Below, in pieces: positions 58,597-64,000 of a DNA stretch of 64,000 nt (positions are counted from its first letter, which is position 1; each line of letters begins with the position of its first letter). A program made the translations under genes and the position numbers. Location: positions 1 to 64,000 of the forward strand of contig JBAXAI010000002.1 of NCBI GenBank assembly GCA_037142615.1, read 5' to 3'. The notes beneath the pieces are model-generated. The model did no database searches, was not told where the DNA came from, and saw only the letters and a program-made list of their open reading frames with translations. This stretch comes from Spirochaetales bacterium (GTDB taxonomy: Bacteria; Spirochaetota; Spirochaetia; JABEVK01).

Positions 58597-60489
58597 ATGC
58601 CCCTGCAGCACTTTCACAAGCTCAAGATCACGTCACTAAGTCCCCAGGGTTGGGTCCTCGAGTTCCTCAAGCGTCAGGAGTCCGGCCTCACCGGCCACAT
58701 CGAGGTCGCCGGCTACCCCTTCAACACCTGCCTGTGGGCTGGCGAACGAATGGAGGGCTCGCCCACGGCGTGGTGGCCCTACGAGCAGACTGCCTACTAC
58801 CTCGACGGTGCCCTTCGTCTAGGTTACTTGCTGCGCAGCCGCCGGTTGCTCGACAAGGTGCACGAGAACTTGGACTACGTGCGCGATCACGTGACCGCCG
58901 AAGGTCGTTTTGCAACCCCTCTGAGTGAGCGCTGGCGTCATTGGCCGTACGCCAGTTTCAACCGCGCGTTTATGTGCGAATGGGAAACGACGGGTGACCC
59001 GGTCGTTGTCGAACTGCTGCGGCGGCACTACCTGAGCTTTTCGGCGGCTGACTTCGCCGACGTTCTCGAGCTGGCCAACGTAGAGCACCTGTGTTGGGTA
59101 TATGGTGAAACCGGTGACCAGCGACTGCTCAATCTGGCCCAAGAGGCCTACGCCCTTTTTCAGCAACACTACCACTACCGCAATTGGGAAGACTGCGACA
59201 TCCAGTTTGACACCGACAGCCCCCCGACCACCCATGCGGTCGTGTATCTGGAACTCGTCAAGGTTCCCCTGATTCTGTATAGCCACACGGGCGAACTTCG
59301 CTACCGTCTTGAGGCCGAGCGTGGCCTGCGGTCGATGCTCAAGCACCATATGCTGGCTTCCGGCTTGCCCAGTTCCACCGAACATTTTGAAGGTAGTGCC
59401 GAGGATTGCGGTTCTGAGACCTGCAACGCCGCAACAATGCCCTACACGCTGGGGTACTTCCTTCGCATTACTGGCGTGGCCACCTATGGTGATGCGATCG
59501 AAAAGGCCGTCTTCAACGGTGGCTTGGGGGCCATCACCAAGGACTTCCGATCACACCAGTACTTCTCGGCTCCCAATCAGGTGGTCGCGGCCCTAGACTC
59601 CAACCCCTACGGACACCATGCGGCGCGCATGGCCTATTTGCCCGGCCACGATGTCGAGTGCTGCACCGGCAACGTCAACCGCTTCATGCCCTACTACGTG
59701 GAACAGATGTGGCTGGGCACGGAAGACGGGGGGCTCGCCGCTGCCTTGCTGGGCCCCTGCTCCGTAACGGCCGAGGTGGGTCAGGACAAGGTGCCCGTCA
59801 CCATCCAGGAACTGACAGAATATCCGCACACTTCCGGGATTGACTTTCGCTTCTCGATGCCACGGTCGGCCCACTTTCCCCTGCAGGTTCGCATCCCGGA
59901 CTGGTGCAAGGCGCCTGTCATGGCTCTCAACGGTGGGGCGCTGGCCGGAGTCGTTCCGGGCGAGTTCTTCCGCCTCGACAGGGAGTTCCACGACGGCGAC
60001 CTGTTGCGGCTTGAGCTCCCAATGGAGGTCACGCTCAGCCACTGGCCCAATGGCGGCATCGCGGTCGAGAGGGGTCCGCTGGTGTACAGCGCACCGATTG
60101 TCGCCGAGGAAACGGCGGTCGAGTACGGCAAGTCCTCGACAGAGTTCCCTGCGCTCGAGCGTAGGGCTGCTGGCCCCTGGAACTTTGGGGTTGGAACCGA
60201 GGGTTTGGACACCAGTCAGATCGCCGTAACGACCCGTTCGCCAGGAGGCTACCCCTGGGACGCCCAGAATGCGCCCATCTCGCTCCGGCTGCCTGTCCGG
60301 CCCGTTCGCAACTGGCGACTGCGGACCAGGTCGGACCTGCGGGTGAAAACGAAGATCACCCGGACAACGGCATTTCCCCGGAAACCCGAATACCTCGCAC
60401 AGGGGACAACGCTCGAACTGATTCCTTACGGGTGTACCCTTCTGCGAATCACGGTCTTTCCCACGGTCAGTGATCACTCTTCTTGTTAA
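58597..60489 (+). CDS. second GH127-family glycoside hydrolase
   Basis: WWPYEQ, HAV, SETCN, ECCTGN, RIPDW, LIPYGCT.LRIT; GGAGG before ATG 58597. Confidence 0.88.
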   Translation: MPLQHFHKLKITSLSPQGWVLEFLKRQESGLTGHIEVAGYPFNTCLWAGERMEGSPTAWWPYEQTAYYLDGALRLGYLLRSRRLLDKVHENLDYVRDHVTAEGRFATPLSERWRHWPYASFNRAFMCEWETTGDPVVVELLRRHYLSFSAADFADVLELANVEHLCWVYGETGDQRLLNLAQEAYALFQQHYHYRNWEDCDIQFDTDSPPTTHAVVYLELVKVPLILYSHTGELRYRLEAERGLRSMLKHHMLASGLPSSTEHFEGSAEDCGSETCNAATMPYTLGYFLRITGVATYGDAIEKAVFNGGLGAITKDFRSHQYFSAPNQVVAALDSNPYGHHAARMAYLPGHDVECCTGNVNRFMPYYVEQMWLGTEDGGLAAALLGPCSVTAEVGQDKVPVTIQELTEYPHTSGIDFRFSMPRSAHFPLQVRIPDWCKAPVMALNGGALAGVVPGEFFRLDREFHDGDLLRLELPMEVTLSHWPNGGIAVERGPLVYSAPIVAEETAVEYGKSSTEFPALERRAAGPWNFGVGTEGLDTSQIAVTTRSPGGYPWDAQNAPISLRLPVRPVRNWRLRTRSDLRVKTKITRTTAFPRKPEYLAQGTTLELIPYGCTLLRITVFPTVSDHSSC

Positions 60490-61123
60490 CCATCAAAAGG
60501 AGTTCGAGTCTGTCATGCACTCCGATCTTCGCGTACAGCCGGCTGACATGGTTGCGAACGGTTTGTTCCTCAATGAACAGCAGGTCAGCGATCTTCTGAT
60601 TGCTCAGGCCTTCGGAAAGGTGAAGCAGAACTTCCCTTTCACGGCGGGTGAGAGAGTCCAGCCACTTCTCTGTGCCGGCTTGTTGCGATAGCCCAGCCCC
60701 CGAGCCTAGTTGCTTGACAAGTTTGCGAGCGATTTCCGGTGAAATCATGACGGAGCCCTCGTTCACCGCCTGCAGGCACATGATCAGGTTGGATGGATGG
60801 GTTTCCTTCAGCAGATACCCCACCGCACCGAGCGACAGCGCCTGGTGAACGAATACCTCATCGTCGTAGGTGGTCAGGATAACGACTTGGGTTTGGGGGT
60901 TGGCCTTTCGGATTCGGGCGGTAGCCTCCACGCCGTCCATAAGGGGCATCTTGATGTCTAGCAAAATGATATCCGGCTTCAGTCTCGCGACGGCCGCCAC
61001 CGCCTCGAGTCCATTGGCGGCCGTGCCCACTACCTCGATGAAGTCACTGCGCGACTCAATGACCGATTTCAGGCTCTCCACAAACAGCATCTGGTCATCG
61101 GCGATCACAATTCTCGTCTTCAC
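60467..61123 (-). CDS. NarL/FixJ-family response regulator
   Basis: IADDQ, LLDIKMP..DG, GYLLK, LTRREREVL..G.SN..IA..TVRNH. Confidence 0.95.
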   Translation of the reverse strand: MKTRIVIADDQMLFVESLKSVIESRSDFIEVVGTAANGLEAVAAVARLKPDIILLDIKMPLMDGVEATARIRKANPQTQVVILTTYDDEVFVHQALSLGAVGYLLKETHPSNLIMCLQAVNEGSVMISPEIARKLVKQLGSGAGLSQQAGTEKWLDSLTRREREVLLHLSEGLSNQKIADLLFIEEQTVRNHVSRLYAKIGVHDRLELLLMVNKKSDH

Positions 61124-62376
61124 AGGCGACTCCCACTGGTTTGGCGGATGGGAATCACAACACTGACCGAAAAGCCGCCTTCGACGTTGCCTGCCTCGAC
61201 CCTCCCCTCCCAGGGCAACAGGCGTTCTTCCATGCCCTGCAAACCGATTCCTTTTGTGATCGAAGGCGTGCCTTTTCCGTTATCAAAGACATGCACCACC
61301 AGTTCCCTGTCATCGGCAAGTTCCCGGATCCAGAACGAGATGGCAATCTTCGAGGCTTTGCCGTGCCGGAAGGCGTTGGACAAGCTCTCCTGGACGATTC
61401 GATAGACGGCCCTGTCCATTTCGTCTTCCAGTTCCCAGGGAAGGTTTCCGTAGCTGATGTTGATTTCGAGCCCCGTCGCCTCGGCAAAGACCGAAACCAA
61501 ATGCTGTAGCGCCTTGACCCCGCGCCGGGTTGGGTCGTCGAACAGGCGAAGCTCCCGTAGCGACTCGCGGGTATCACGGATGGCTTCCTTACCCTCGAGG
61601 ATGATCAGGTCCAGGCAGCGGCTTGCCTTCGTCTGGGCAGGACTCAGATTGTCGTGAACTGACTCAGCCAGCATCAAGATATTCGTCATCGTGTGGATGG
61701 CGGTGTCGTGAATGTCTCTGGAAATCCGTTTTCGCTCGAGCAGCACCGACCGCTCGGCGGCCGAGGTTGCGTACGCCTGAAAGCCAATGTTGGCATCGAT
61801 TAGCTGGGCCACGGCGGTCTCGAGCCGCAATCGTTGCCTGTCGAGGGCCTCAATTCTGAGCACGAGCCAGCGCACGAGGAGCGAGAGGAGCGTGACCACC
61901 AAGAGCACAAGACCAGCCGGCGCCAGAACTTGCCACGTGATCTGAGGGAAGCCCGTGTCGAGGGAGCTGGTGTACAGGGCGATCCCTGCGGTCAGCGCTC
62001 CGAGCACGAGGCTAAGGACCAACGCCACTCGAGCCGGAACAAAGAGTGCGAACTCCGCCGCCTGGGCAGCGAAAAAAACCGACTCTAGACCCCAGAACTG
62101 GCCGACCGTAAGGCTGACCACTGCCGCTGTATTGGAAAAGAAGACGGCGAACAACAGCTTAGGAAGAAACAGTAGTCGGGCGTAGGGCCTGCTCTCGAAG
62201 AACACCATCGCCAGCGTCAAAGAAGCACATAGCCCCAGGAGCACGTGAAACTGGAGTCCCCACTGTGCAGGCCCACCCCTGCGAGGCTCGATATTCCAGT
62301 AGAGGACCGACAGCAAGGCGTACAGGAACAACAGCAAGGCGAGCGTCAGGTTCTTCGCGATTCGAAGGATGTTCAC
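61120..62376 (-). CDS. membrane sensor histidine kinase (HisKA_3)
   Basis: ERKRISRDIHD, RIVQESLSNA.RH, DNGKG, GIGL.GM.ER; N-terminal TM helices. Confidence 0.93.
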   Translation of the reverse strand: MNILRIAKNLTLALLLFLYALLSVLYWNIEPRRGGPAQWGLQFHVLLGLCASLTLAMVFFESRPYARLLFLPKLLFAVFFSNTAAVVSLTVGQFWGLESVFFAAQAAEFALFVPARVALVLSLVLGALTAGIALYTSSLDTGFPQITWQVLAPAGLVLLVVTLLSLLVRWLVLRIEALDRQRLRLETAVAQLIDANIGFQAYATSAAERSVLLERKRISRDIHDTAIHTMTNILMLAESVHDNLSPAQTKASRCLDLIILEGKEAIRDTRESLRELRLFDDPTRRGVKALQHLVSVFAEATGLEINISYGNLPWELEDEMDRAVYRIVQESLSNAFRHGKASKIAISFWIRELADDRELVVHVFDNGKGTPSITKGIGLQGMEERLLPWEGRVEAGNVEGGFSVSVVIPIRQTSGSRL

Positions 62377-62398
62377 CCGTCGCCTCGCCCAGCCATCG

Positions 62399-63184
62399 TC
62401 ATGGCGTGAAGTCCTTCCAGACTTCGGCCTTCAGCCCGGGTTGGGATACAAACTGAAACAACTCAGGGTTGCGCTCAAATTGCCGGTAAATCGGAACCGC
62501 GGTTTGGATTCCGAGCCGAGAGTAGTCGGCTGGCGCCTTGCGGACTACTTCGCTGGCGCGGTAGGCGGGATTGGCCTCGAAGACGACCTCGTCCGAGAGT
62601 ACCGAGGTGAACACCGGAAACCAAGCCAGACCTCCGTGAGCCCGAACCGCCTCGTACTCGAAGCCGTACTCGCGGTCGCACCAGGCTCCAAAGGCCAGCG
62701 GGCTAGTCGGTGAGGCGCTGATGGTCATGTGAGCCCAGTTGGGCGGCACGACGACCACATCGCCTGGACCGGCTTCCACCGCGAAACACCGCCCGGGGTC
62801 GTCGTCGGCGGTTTCCTGCAGGTAGATCAATGCCTTTCCCGTCCAGATTTCATAGATCTCGGGAGGCGACCAACCGCTGTGGGCCGACACGCTGTGGATA
62901 TGGCCCTGGCTTCGCACCGGCTCGCGACCAAGCCGGCCTGCGGCATAGGTGACGGCACCATAGAGCAACATCTGTTTCTGCAACAAGGGTTTATGCACCG
63001 CCTTCCCGATATCCATCGAGATGGCGTACACCACTTCTGGTCCGTTGCAACTTGGGTCCTTCAGGCTTTTCCGGATGGCATCGAGGCCGCGCAACTCGGG
63101 CGTGGGGCCGAACACGCCAGGGCCGTAGTCAAAGCCCAAGGGTGAGAACGTGGGGCGGATGGCAAAGCCAGGGTCAAATGGCAT
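62399..63184 (-). CDS. cupin-type (archaeal-like) glucose-6-phosphate isomerase family protein
   Basis: EP.RSQGHIH, PEIYE, VPPNWAH. Confidence 0.8.
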   Translation of the reverse strand: MPFDPGFAIRPTFSPLGFDYGPGVFGPTPELRGLDAIRKSLKDPSCNGPEVVYAISMDIGKAVHKPLLQKQMLLYGAVTYAAGRLGREPVRSQGHIHSVSAHSGWSPPEIYEIWTGKALIYLQETADDDPGRCFAVEAGPGDVVVVPPNWAHMTISASPTSPLAFGAWCDREYGFEYEAVRAHGGLAWFPVFTSVLSDEVVFEANPAYRASEVVRKAPADYSRLGIQTAVPIYRQFERNPELFQFVSQPGLKAEVWKDFTP

Positions 63185-63195
63185 AGGAGGCTCCT

Positions 63196-64000
63196 TTAGG
63201 TGCGGACGTAGGCCTTCAAGGTCGCAAGAGTCCCGGTCACCCCATCTGCCGGGCGGATCAGGTAGACCCCGACAGCGGCGGGCACGACGAAGGTTTCGGC
63301 GTAATGCACCTCAAAGGGCTCGAAGGCCCCGCTTGGGCTTTCCACCACCGCCGCCGAGCCCTCGACCAGGTTGAGCACGTTGACCCCGCCTTGGGTGTCG
63401 TGCAACACCGGGCCCTCGAACCAGGTGCGCCGGGTTTCGATGAACTCGCGCTCGTGCAGGCCCGTGCGCTCTTCTTTCCAGCCGGGACCGGAACCGGTAG
63501 GCTCCACGCGGTTGACGAGGTTCTGCCGCACCCATTGTGTGTCACGGTCCCACTGGATGTTCTTGACCCCGTGCTCCAAGTGGATGGGGCGGGGCTTGCC
63601 GTCAAGGCCCAAACGACCCCAGTCCCACAGCTTGAAGGTGAAGATGAACGGGGTAGCGCTGATTTCGAGCACCACGGAGTCCTTGCCCGAGCAGTGCACC
63701 GTTCCGGCCGGGATCAGGAAGTGATCGTGTTTTTTGGCTGGCCACTGGTTGGTGTGCTTGTCCGCGGGGAACTCCACCTCGCCACGTTGCGCCCGCTCCA
63801 GATCGGTCAAGAAACTCCCGCGGTCGGTACCCGTCTTGACCCCGAGGTAGACCGTCGCGTCGGCGCCGGCCTCGAGCAGGTAGTAGCTTTCGTCCTGAGT
63901 GTAGTGCATGCCGAACTCTTGCTGGATGTACTCGGTAAGCGGGTGCACCTGCAGGCTCAGGTTGCCACCGCCCATGGTGTCAAGAAAGTCGAAGCGGATC
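63196..64000 (-). CDS. class I mannose-6-phosphate isomerase (5' end outside the window)
   Basis: NLSLQVHP, QDESYY, IPAGTVH, EIS, FKLWDWGR....PRPIH. Confidence 0.85.
   Translation of the reverse strand, partial: IRFDFLDTMGGGNLSLQVHPLTEYIQQEFGMHYTQDESYYLLEAGADATVYLGVKTGTDRGSFLTDLERAQRGEVEFPADKHTNQWPAKKHDHFLIPAGTVHCSGKDSVVLEISATPFIFTFKLWDWGRLGLDGKPRPIHLEHGVKNIQWDRDTQWVRQNLVNRVEPTGSGPGWKEERTGLHEREFIETRRTWFEGPVLHDTQGGVNVLNLVEGSAAVVESPSGAFEPFEVHYAETFVVPAAVGVYLIRPADGVTGTLATLKAYVRT

Noticed and set aside
1-64000. Canonical CRISPR array or cas operon
   Set aside because: No run of three or more regularly spaced repeats and no cas genes; the Cas4-like motif is part of a UvrD fusion

Overview
Bacterial chromosomal window (roughly 55-60% GC by eye; the non-lipoprotein sugar-binding proteins are suggestive of a spirochaete-like diderm, but this is not established). 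It has two parts. (1) About 985-26966 is a ~26 kb integrative element inserted in a tRNA-Leu(GAG) gene. It carries a tyrosine integrase, two excisionase-like HTH genes, a gene II/X-like replication initiator with nearby short repeats, and a second tyrosine recombinase with its own palindromic site. Its putative defence cargo is a UvrD helicase-PD-(D/E)XK nuclease fusion, a type III-like Mod, a Res subunit fused to a LexA-like S24 autopeptidase domain, a GHKL-ATPase/SF2-helicase giant, a trypsin-like protease and a RelE-type toxin-antitoxin pair. At its right end are a displaced tRNA 3' half with a compensatorily different variable arm, a 217-bp mini-element built from tRNA-end repeats, and a truncated copy of the same integrase, which points to layered insertions at one tRNA. 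(2) About 27.6-64 kb is carbohydrate catabolism: an inositol (iol) cluster lacking iolC/iolJ but with a transaldolase, glycoside hydrolases (GH28-like, GH95, two GH127, GH2, GH116), two sugar ABC transporters, regulators, and sugar-phosphate isomerases. All calls come from motif recognition by eye; no searches were run.
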